Under the pieces are notes generated by a model that worked only from the letters and a program-made list of their open reading frames with translations, had not been told where the DNA came from and did not search any database. Shown here piece by piece: positions 48,103-55,498 of a stretch of 64,000 nucleotides of DNA. The number at the start of each line of letters is the position of its first letter. Position 1 is the stretch's first letter. Origin of the DNA: a virus (lineage: Duplodnaviria; Caudoviricetes); the IMG/VR virus record IMGVR_UViG_3300020036_002415, positions 6,316 through 70,315 of that record. One strand, 5' to 3'. The position numbers were made by a program, and so were the translations under genes.

Positions 48103-48476
48103 TCGTATGTTTCATACAATCCAACAATGAAAACAGGCAACTAAACTTCTTTACAACATTGTACACATCGTACAATATATTTCTTTCTTTTACTTTACTT
48201 TACTTTACCTTTTCTTTGCATTACGTACGCAATACCTATGTTATGCACAAGCTATGCCTACGCATTACTTAAGCAACATCGTTGGCTAAAATACCAACTC
48301 AATCATAAGCTTCGATTTAAAGGCATGATAATTTAGCGACATAGATAATCCTATCATTCGCGTCACATAATTCAACAGGCAGCATTTAAAATGCGGAATT
48401 TCGTATGTTCCATACAAAAATAAAGCCTAATTTAGTTCCGAGTGTGTGCCTCCAAACATCGTATGTGTCCATACAA
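48103..48476. repeat. Three TCGTATG-N3/4-CATACAA palindromic repeats
   Basis: 48103..48119, 48401..48417, 48459..48476. Confidence 0.8.
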
Positions 48477-48552
48477 TAGTACCAGTACCTTAAAAAAGAC
48501 CCCCTCCGGGTAGCTATATGCGTGGGCTATGCTTAGGCATTACGTATGCATC
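48176..48552. repeat. Iteron-like repeats plus A/T-rich pentamer repeats (candidate origin/terminus region)
   Basis: GCTATGC/GCATTAC/GCAATAC units; tandem TTTAC repeats; 20/21-nt inverted match to 58093..58113. Confidence 0.55.
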
Positions 48553-49004
48553 ACCTTTGGATTTCGCGCGCTACATAAAAAGCTTCATCTGTATATGTAG
48601 GGGTACTATACTAATATAAAGCCCCCACCCGTTTCGCACAGAAAACTCTGATTTTCAGCACGTTAAACTCGATCACCTTTATTTTCGCTTCATCTGTACA
48701 TATTCGCTTATATGTCTGGCAGTCAGCGAGTTATCTGGTATTACTTAAAGCTTTTGTTTAGGTGTGGTGTGTTGTGTCTATGTTTGTTGGTTCATTACAT
48801 CTCATCTCATCTTCACTGATTATCAGTTAGTTACATTCTCCTACGCGTGCGCGTGCGTTCCATGTACTATGCACATTCACTGCTAACTTGCTGCATATTA
48901 GATATTTACATGATATATACTCTACTTTCCAACCTTTCAAACAGTCTGCACAAAACCTGAAACCCGCATAAACACTGGGCTTTTAGAATGTTTTCACAAT
49001 TTCC

Positions 49005-49035
49005 TTTGTCAGTTAGCAAATAATAACTATAATTG
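49005..49035 (+). promoter_or_regulatory. Early promoter
   Basis: TTTG-N19-TATAATTG (one mismatch to TAnnTTTG); also reads as TTGTCA-N16-TATAAT. Confidence 0.65.
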
Positions 49036-49189
49036 AATCACAACCAATCAGAACAACGGTTGCCCAGCCAAGCGAGGCGGGATATTAAGAACCGAAATTT
49101 AACGCACAGACGTTCACGTTGAAAGTTATAAGTATGCGTACCAAGCAACGAGCTTTTAAATTAGGGGATATAGATTGAATAATTAGCAG

Positions 49190-49795
49190 ACAATAATTTG
49201 TTGGATGTATAGGAGAATACTGCGCTCACTTTCGAGCCTGAGTCCTAGCCTTCAAATGGAGTCTTAAATTGCTAAGCGATTTGTGAGTATGGAGTTACCA
49301 CGAATCGGCCAAGAACGTTTAAAGTCTAGGTTTTACAATCGTACTGCACAGTATAAAATATAACATACCTGCGCTTAAACTGTAGCGCAAATTTAGCAAA
49401 CCGAACGAAAGTGAACCATTGAAATGTGGAGGAATTAGCTAGAAAGTTGAAAATTTGAAAACTATATTCATTCAACTAAAAGAGCCTAAGATAATAATTA
49501 GGTAAACTGTAGTGTCTAGATAGCTAGTAAAGTATAAACGGGTTAACCCGCTAAAAGTAAACTTATAAACCTACGAATTAGATTGTAGTTAGCAAACTGC
49601 AAAAGTCAAGCGTAAAATATTGGCGACTAATTGTAAGGAAACGTAATAAATCTAAAATTGCTATTCACATTAAACGGTAGCCCAAGTGGTCGTGGTGTGT
49701 CTTAGCGCAGTCTTGGTCGGAGGTAACACCCCGACTAAGTTATCTTATAATGTATGCATGGTAGGCTGCACTGCGCCTAACTTTAATATATATAG
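49190..49795 (+). ncRNA. ROOL-like large ornate non-coding RNA (possible 5' extension to ~49040)
   Basis: ORF-free and hairpin-dense; colinear blocks TTCGAGCCTGAGT, AATTGCTAAGCGAT, GAATCGGCCAAGAA, GAAATGTGGAGGAATT, TGTAGTGTCTA, AAAGTCAAGCGT, TTGGCGAC, AATAAATCTAAA and CTTGGTCGG/CCGACTAAG match my recollection of the ROOL consensus; not verified by covariance search. Confidence 0.78.
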
Positions 49796-49798
49796 TTT

Positions 49799-50290
49799 AT
49801 GGCTAAATTAGAATTCGAGATTGAACAAATCAATCCAGCAACAGAAAAAAGACCTGAATTGGTAACAAAATTCAAGGTGGTTATTTCATCACGTTATGAA
49901 TTAACAAGACAGTTCGTATTGTTACAAATCAAATCAAGAGTAGCTAAACTCTTATTAATGCGAGTAAAAACTAAGCAATCGTGCGGGTTAACATTGAGCA
50001 GACCAATTAACATTCGTGTTAAAATTGGTAAACGCTTCATTGAAACGGCTGAAATTTCAGAAGAAACACACCTGCAGCTCAAAATGGCTAACAATCGTGA
50101 GCGCCAAAACGCATTCTATCGTGCGCTTGATGAGATTGTTGACTATGCGATCAATGGTAAAAAAGCAACTACCCGCGATGAATTCGATGCTATGAATGAA
50201 TCACGTATCTCAATCCTTGAGCAAGAAAAGAAAGCTCGATTGGAACGTAAAGCAGCAGCATTGGCACAATTGGCAACATCACCAAACTAA
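49799..50290 (+). CDS. Basic hypothetical protein immediately downstream of the ncRNA
   Basis: 163 aa, codons like highly expressed host genes (CGT, GCA, AAA); followed by a terminator. Confidence 0.8.
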   Translation: MAKLEFEIEQINPATEKRPELVTKFKVVISSRYELTRQFVLLQIKSRVAKLLLMRVKTKQSCGLTLSRPINIRVKIGKRFIETAEISEETHLQLKMANNRERQNAFYRALDEIVDYAINGKKATTRDEFDAMNESRISILEQEKKARLERKAAALAQLATSPN

Positions 50291-50313
50291 ATCTAAGTTT
50301 TGCCATACTTAGT

Positions 50314-50347
50314 AGCCCACTTGTCTTAGGATAGGTGGGCTTTTTTA
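50314..50347 (+). terminator. Rho-independent terminator
   Basis: AGCCCACTTGTC-TTAG-GATAGGTGGGCT followed by a T run. Confidence 0.8.
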
Positions 50348-50518
50348 TTAACCAAGATCAGATCAAACAGGCTTGACAACCTGAACCAAGTGTGTTATAT
50401 GGAAACTAAACAGTTTTTCTTTTAGAATAAAGTATCATTGAAATCGGTTGGCTACGGCATCATACTGCTAAAACTTTGATAGGATTAGTTCTCAGGTTGC
50501 ATCGCGGCAACCATTGGG

Positions 50519-50553
50519 GCGCATCATTCTCTAGGGAGTGGTGCGCTTTTTTT
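50519..50553 (+). terminator. Rho-independent terminator
   Basis: GCGCATCATTC...GAGTGGTGCGC followed by T7. Confidence 0.75.
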
Positions 50554-50555
50554 AT

Positions 50556-50598
50556 TCCCTGAACGGTTATATTATTGGTTCGATTCCAATGCAGGGTA
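50556..50598 (+). ncRNA. tRNA-like minihelix (acceptor stem plus T arm only)
   Basis: CCCTG/CAGGG acceptor-like stem; ATTGG-TTCGATT-CCAAT canonical T arm; 11-nt linker instead of D and anticodon arms. Confidence 0.45.
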
Positions 50599-50680
50599 CA
50601 TAAATACAGTCAAAATTAACGCGAGTATTGAGGCGGCACTCCTGTGTGTAAATCATTTAATCAAATTAAAACAAATAATT

Positions 50681-50968
50681 ATGGCTATTCCATCAATAAG
50701 ACCTAATACATTAGGCATACATTCATTCGAGCAATTAGTAGATGAATTAGTAAAACTAGGTGTGCCTTGTGATGAGGAACGTCAGGTATTTTTCAATGAG
50801 ATAATGGATCGAGTTAAGGAATTAGCTAGTGAATCAGATGACTCATATTTTGCAGCATTGGAAGAAGGAAACACTAAAACTCCAGAGGGATTAGTGGAGG
50901 ACAGATGCAACAAGGCTATTCGTGTACTAGAATTAGCTAAAATTTACAGTGAAAATTACGGATTCTAA
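50681..50968 (+). CDS. Early hypothetical protein
   Basis: ORF track; AT-rich leader. Confidence 0.6.
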   Translation: MAIPSIRPNTLGIHSFEQLVDELVKLGVPCDEERQVFFNEIMDRVKELASESDDSYFAALEEGNTKTPEGLVEDRCNKAIRVLELAKIYSENYGF

Positions 50969-51224
50969 TACTATACTTATGACATTGGCTGAACTAAAAA
51001 AGGGAATTAAGGTATGGGTTAAAACTAACATACCTTTAGATGATCTATCAGATCTAGTGGATATTACACACGAGAACCCAAAAAATGTTTATTCGTACAT
51101 GAATTTGTATGGTATAGACGGTGATTCAATGGTACGTGAGTGGATATTCAACTACATATCAATCAAACATTATGGCGGAAACTATGATGTGATATACAAC
51201 AAGTGGTTAGGAATTAAAAAATAA
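50949..51224 (+). CDS. Early hypothetical protein
   Basis: ORF track; DSMVREWIFNYIS...YDVIYNKW motif. Confidence 0.6.
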   Translation: MKITDSNTILMTLAELKKGIKVWVKTNIPLDDLSDLVDITHENPKNVYSYMNLYGIDGDSMVREWIFNYISIKHYGGNYDVIYNKWLGIKK

Positions 51225-51229
51225 TTGCC

Positions 51230-51349
51230 ATGAAAGTAATTAACTATACTGTGAACTATACCAATGTCTCAGCCAATGGTAAGTTCAGTGAGGTATTTGA
51301 TACTATACTTCACACACTAAGCAATAAGTTTTTATTCAGCATGAACTAA
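51230..51349 (+). CDS. Small early peptide (39 aa), not in the ORF track
   Basis: Manual translation MKVINYTVNYTNVSANGKFSEVFDTILHTLSNKFLFSMN. Confidence 0.4.
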   Translation: MKVINYTVNYTNVSANGKFSEVFDTILHTLSNKFLFSMN

Positions 51350-51359
51350 TACTATTCTT

Positions 51360-51536
51360 ATGAGTTTTGCCGTCAATCTTGATGTGATTAATATAATTAT
51401 TGATCGCACTGAAACACTAATTGATATTCAAAAGGGTATAGTTCCGCATCGTTTAATGTTCGACTGCATTAAATTTGTAGCTGAATCGGATGAATTAATA
51501 CAACTAGCATTTGATCGTAATGAATTCAAGAACTAA
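51360..51536 (+). CDS. Small early protein (58 aa), not in the ORF track
   Basis: Manual translation MSFAVNLDVINIIIDRTETL...; tiles the gap. Confidence 0.45.
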   Translation: MSFAVNLDVINIIIDRTETLIDIQKGIVPHRLMFDCIKFVAESDELIQLAFDRNEFKN

Positions 51537-51705
51537 AGATATGGTAAGATTCAAGACCTTAAGTAAGCTAAGCAAGGCTCACTCTAAAATAGCTAACGAC
51601 TTCACAGGCTCACGCCTTGTTAGGTGGTTGGCTAATGAAAAAAAACAAGGGAGAAGTGTGTCCAATCACTATCAAAGGGTTGGGCTAAGTCGTTTAACTA
51701 ATTAA
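51511..51705 (+). CDS. Early hypothetical protein (likely start 51541)
   Basis: ORF track. Confidence 0.45.
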   Translation: MIVMNSRTKDMVRFKTLSKLSKAHSKIANDFTGSRLVRWLANEKKQGRSVSNHYQRVGLSRLTN

Positions 51706-51772
51706 AACTACATAAGATGGACAAAGTATTTGATTTAATTCACTCGATATTAACAACTAAAAAGAAATAGTT

Positions 51773-51982
51773 ATGCAAATATCATCTAAAAAAGCCCCTG
51801 TAGTTTTTACTCCTGTTGAAGTAAAGATGACGATTGACAGTCATAGTGAACTTACTGCATTAATAAGACTTATTGAAGGAAGGTATATAGAGATTACTAA
51901 GCTTCTAGGTACAGAAGCACCATCTGAAGAGAGGTCTATGCTTAGAGAGTTAATGCTTGAGTTAAAAGGACATTTAAAATAA
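51773..51982 (+). CDS. Early hypothetical protein
   Basis: FTPVEVKMTIDSHSEL pattern; ORF track. Confidence 0.6.
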   Translation: MQISSKKAPVVFTPVEVKMTIDSHSELTALIRLIEGRYIEITKLLGTEAPSEERSMLRELMLELKGHLK

Positions 51983-51989
51983 TAATATT

Positions 51990-52250
51990 ATGCATCTAAG
52001 AAAGATGAGTGATGAAGAGGTCAGAAATTTAAGACCGAAATCGCTAACACCTAAAGAAATTAATGTTAAATTTGCACTAATCGTAGGATATTCACCGGTC
52101 AATGGGTACACTCTATACTACAAATCAGGAGGTGGTGATACGGCGTTCAAAGATGAAGCGTTAAAATTTAATTGCGAAACGGCAGCTAAGTACTTCGCAT
52201 CAAAGACATTAGGAATTAAAATGGTAATAATCGACAAACTGTACGCATGA
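51990..52250 (+). CDS. Early hypothetical protein
   Basis: ORF track. Confidence 0.55.
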   Translation: MHLRKMSDEEVRNLRPKSLTPKEINVKFALIVGYSPVNGYTLYYKSGGGDTAFKDEALKFNCETAAKYFASKTLGIKMVIIDKLYA

Positions 52251-52280
52251 AAAAACTATCGAGAGTAGTAAGCAAGGCTA

Positions 52281-52472
52281 TTGATTCGTATATCAAAGGT
52301 CTATCGTCAATTCGTTTCACTAAAAACTATTAACATGAAAACTTTAGTAAAAGAGGAATACACGTATGTTCCGCTAACTCTATTGATTGAGTTCTGCACA
52401 TCATTCAACCTACTTAATTTAACGATTAAAGAGGCAAGAGAAATTTATGTTGAGTATCATAAACATATCTAG
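52281..52472 (+). CDS. Early hypothetical protein (likely later ATG start)
   Basis: ORF track. Confidence 0.4.
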   Translation: MIRISKVYRQFVSLKTINMKTLVKEEYTYVPLTLLIEFCTSFNLLNLTIKEAREIYVEYHKHI

Positions 52473-52723
52473 AAAGGAGGACTGTATATGAAGAAGAAAT
52501 AAGTAATTAACTATACTAAAATTATCTAATGATTATAGACAACGTTTTATCCGTTCTGCTCCTGAAAACGATACGTGCATTGACTACACTAAAAGTCAAC
52601 CACTATCATCAGGCTGCAAAGTATCAGGGATATATTGAACGATATATTGACCTGCCTGTGCCGGACACCTGAGTTCAGGGCTTCGATTAAATTATATCTA
52701 ACAATAAACAAAAAAGAAATTTG

Positions 52724-52758
52724 TAGCCACATCTGTCGTAAGGTGTGGCTATTTTTTT
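52724..52758 (+). terminator. Rho-independent terminator
   Basis: TAGCCACATCT-GTCGTA-AGGTGTGGCTA followed by T7. Confidence 0.75.
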
Positions 52759-52760
52759 AA

Positions 52761-52837
52761 GGGTCTTTAGCTCATTCGGTTAGAGCAGCTGACTCATAAT
52801 CAGCAGGTGGTTGGTTCGATTCCAACATGACCCACCA
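52761..52837 (+). tRNA. tRNA with CAT anticodon, probably Ile2 (lysidine type); elongator Met not excluded
   Basis: Cloverleaf with encoded CCA; GCTGA-CTCATAA-TCAGC; GGGTCTT acceptor; lacks initiator hallmarks. Confidence 0.85.
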
Positions 52838-52855
52838 AACAATAAAAAGTAAATT

Positions 52856-53335
52856 ATGGCTACTAAAAAACTAGCACCAAAAGCAAAAGTCAAAGCACCA
52901 GCTAAGACTAAAAAAGATAGTCCTATTGTGAAGACAATAATGGTCGAGAAGAAGGTTATTGACTGGAAGAAAGTTAAGACTGGAATGTACTTCACTGCAA
53001 AAATTTACAGAACGAAAGTATTTGGAGCTATATACAGAGGGTCTGGAAATTATATTTATTTGTGTCAGAATAGCAAAGACGGATCTTCTATTCCAAATAA
53101 ATTAGGATATAAATATTCTTGGCTTTTACTCAGAGATGAGTATGATATAAAAGGATTCAGTAGTCACGTAAAAGATCTTGATTTTCCTACTCCTCCAAAA
53201 GGATATGAGCCGCCAACCGTCATGCCTGAGATGGCTGGATATTTACCAGTAATTAATAAAGGATATGTTCAATTCGGATGCAAGAAAGTATCTAATACAC
53301 TCATCCGATTCTTGGCTAAGCAGCTTAAAGACTAG
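52856..53335 (+). CDS. Early hypothetical protein
   Basis: 159 aa; K/A/P-rich N-terminus; YIYLCQN...GYKYSW motif. Confidence 0.65.
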   Translation: MATKKLAPKAKVKAPAKTKKDSPIVKTIMVEKKVIDWKKVKTGMYFTAKIYRTKVFGAIYRGSGNYIYLCQNSKDGSSIPNKLGYKYSWLLLRDEYDIKGFSSHVKDLDFPTPPKGYEPPTVMPEMAGYLPVINKGYVQFGCKKVSNTLIRFLAKQLKD

Positions 53336-53421
53336 AATAAGTTTGGCGTGCTACAGTAATTTGCAGCGAGAAAAGCGAATTGACAAAACTGAAAGGACAG
53401 GATGACACCTACTGTAGTAAT

Positions 53422-53488
53422 TTCCCGTATTTGGATAAGTATACCTCAGCGCATTGGTTGCTTAGCGGATCGTTACCGTAACGGGAGC
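53422..53488 (+). ncRNA. Degenerate tRNA-like element
   Basis: 7-bp TTCCCGT/ACGGGAG acceptor; GCGG-ATCGTTA-CCGT T-like arm; AGCG-CATTGGT-TGCT anticodon-like arm. Confidence 0.4.
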
Positions 53489-53501
53489 AAAAAATAATGT
53501 T

Positions 53502-53609
53502 ATGAAATCAACTCAACTTAAACCGAAAGAAAAAATTAAGCCAGTAGTGGATTCAATCACTATCAACTGGGTGTTAATTAAGAATAAGAAACTATCTAAA
53601 CTTAATTAA
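53502..53609 (+). CDS. Small peptide (35 aa) containing a 30-nt segment duplicated at 61880
   Basis: Manual translation MKSTQLKPKEKIKPVVDSITINWVLIKNKKLSKLN. Confidence 0.35.
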   Translation: MKSTQLKPKEKIKPVVDSITINWVLIKNKKLSKLN

Positions 53610-53699
53610 GTATGCAGCTAACGATATTCGGAGCGTTCTTGCTAATAGCAGTAACGCTTCACATAGGTAGATTTGTTTATCTAAAAAAATTCAAGCGTT

Positions 53700-54173
53700 A
53701 TGATTAGTTACATATTTAGAACAATAGAAGAGATTAATGCTATTGAAAATTCATGCGGTTATAACCGCTACCATACTTATACTGAAGAAAGTTTTGATCC
53801 TCGATTTTTAGATGCGTTAGGAAGAGACGTAAGAGAGATGGATATGTATATGTATAACGACATTCCTGCTATAATTAATAACATATATCTCAATAGAGAG
53901 CCTTATATTCATTTTGGAGAAGGTCTTTACTATTTTGTTCCTATTAGATGGTTCGCTAGAATTGTGGTAGGTATTAAAGTAAAAGCGGCTAAAATACATT
54001 CAAACACCATTAAAGTAGGAGATGCCTTTATTTATCGTAATGAAATCTACTTAGTAGAAACTATTAAAAAATCAAGTGAATCAATATTCATTAACGAGTC
54101 GATTGATCTATGTAAGACACATTTAGGTGAGATAATCATCATAGATGATGAAGTATCTAAAAACTTATTATAA
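53700..54173 (+). CDS. Early protein, Y-F-K/R-T-x-x-E paralog family member 1
   Basis: YIFRTIEEI start; C-terminal IKVGDAFIY...YLVETIKK domain. Confidence 0.65.
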   Translation: MISYIFRTIEEINAIENSCGYNRYHTYTEESFDPRFLDALGRDVREMDMYMYNDIPAIINNIYLNREPYIHFGEGLYYFVPIRWFARIVVGIKVKAAKIHSNTIKVGDAFIYRNEIYLVETIKKSSESIFINESIDLCKTHLGEIIIIDDEVSKNLL

Positions 54174-54178
54174 TCGTT

Positions 54179-54649
54179 ATGGCAAGATATAGATTTAAAA
54201 CAAAAGATGAGCTAGTTAGAGACTTCGGACGTAGTTGGGAAAATAAAACACCATGCTGGAATGATAACATGAAGCTAGCCATTGGGAGACCAATAGATGA
54301 AGTGTTTAATGAATCTGAGGTAAGAAATGCTGTGTCTATAATTTTGACAGGTACGCCAGAAGATAATGAGGACGGATTATATATCCGTGGAGTATGCAGG
54401 GTATCTAGATCAGAATCGAGATGGAATTGGAACATAAACTGGTTTGTTAGAATAGATGACGGAATAAATGTTGTATTTATTAATCTAGGAGACAAGCAAG
54501 TGAGTAAAGGTCAAGTGTATATCCATTCTAAGAAATTATTTTTAGTAGAGAAGATTAATAAAAAAGGAAATAAAATAATACTAAATGATAAGCACGACTT
54601 AGCTGACTGCGATATTGTAGATGAATCAATTAAAAAGGATTTGCTATGA
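54179..54649 (+). CDS. Early protein, paralog family member 2
   Basis: YRFKTKDEL start; VSKGQVYI...FLVEKINK C-domain. Confidence 0.65.
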   Translation: MARYRFKTKDELVRDFGRSWENKTPCWNDNMKLAIGRPIDEVFNESEVRNAVSIILTGTPEDNEDGLYIRGVCRVSRSESRWNWNINWFVRIDDGINVVFINLGDKQVSKGQVYIHSKKLFLVEKINKKGNKIILNDKHDLADCDIVDESIKKDLL

Positions 54650-54891
54650 AGAACAAAGAAGAGTACTTAAATCAAATTAACAAACTAAAGAAGGCTATAG
54701 CTGTCTTATGTGAAATTAATAAGGAGGAGTATATAGATTTCCACTATCATCACATGACATCTGAGCGGCTAATTCAAGAGGCACGCATGGTGTTTATGGC
54801 TACTAAGTTTGGAAATAGCTTTGATGAAGTTAATCAAAAAGTAAAACTTTATAACATAATTTTCTTAAAAAAGTATGATGTACAGATTTAA
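54646..54891 (+). CDS. Early hypothetical protein
   Basis: ORF track; coupled. Confidence 0.55.
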   Translation: MKNKEEYLNQINKLKKAIAVLCEINKEEYIDFHYHHMTSERLIQEARMVFMATKFGNSFDEVNQKVKLYNIIFLKKYDVQI

Positions 54892-55492
54892 AACAATAGA
54901 CGAGTTGAGGATTCAACGAGCTATAGAAAGAAAGCTAAAAAGAATACCAACAAGAGAAAAAATAATTGACCTTTTTGGGCTTCAAAGTAATTTGGATTAC
55001 GATAGAAGATACAAACATCTTGAGGGAAAAGTGATACCATCTGAAATATACAGTATCTTATCAGGCACAACTAGATCAGGTTTTGGTGGAGACGTTATAG
55101 AATATGATACTTGTGAAATTTATGATGATTATTGGGAATCGTTTAAAGAATGGGTTCTAACTGAAGTTGCTCCCGGAAACACACTAGACTACACTGAAGA
55201 TAATTACAATGGTTGGCATCCAGAACTTGAGAGATTTTTTCCGCATGGGTTAGGGTTTTCTTTCTCTGGTAAATTAATAGCAATCGAGGGCTACACTGGA
55301 GAGGTGGTAGTTGATGTAGCTATTGGAGATAATGTTATTATAGATGTTATTGACAGAGTTGTTAATGTACATGACATCGTAAAAGACTTAGACAAAGAAG
55401 AAATTTTTATTGTCACTGAAGACGGATTAAGAATACCAGTAAGTGCAGTAAAATGTAAAGTTGAAGATAAAGTAATAAACAAGTTTAAATAA
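54875..55492 (+). CDS. Early protein, paralog family member 3
   Basis: YRFKTIDEL start; VAIGDNVI C-domain. Confidence 0.65.
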   Translation: MMYRFKTIDELRIQRAIERKLKRIPTREKIIDLFGLQSNLDYDRRYKHLEGKVIPSEIYSILSGTTRSGFGGDVIEYDTCEIYDDYWESFKEWVLTEVAPGNTLDYTEDNYNGWHPELERFFPHGLGFSFSGKLIAIEGYTGEVVVDVAIGDNVIIDVIDRVVNVHDIVKDLDKEEIFIVTEDGLRIPVSAVKCKVEDKVINKFK

Positions 55493-55498
55493 ATCAAT

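Noticed and set aside
47969-48175. 68-aa minus-strand ORF
   Set aside because: It overlaps the palindromic repeats and promoter region and has an atypical composition; it is probably non-coding.
51234-52517. 17-nt direct repeat AAGTAATTAACTATACT (51234 and 52501)
   Set aside because: Very AT-rich, only two copies, and in different contexts; not enough support for a function.
53755-53768. Perfect 14-bp palindrome GCGGTTATAACCGC resembling a fused R''/R' box
   Set aside because: It lies within a coding sequence, has no inner stem or second arm, and a single occurrence can be chance.
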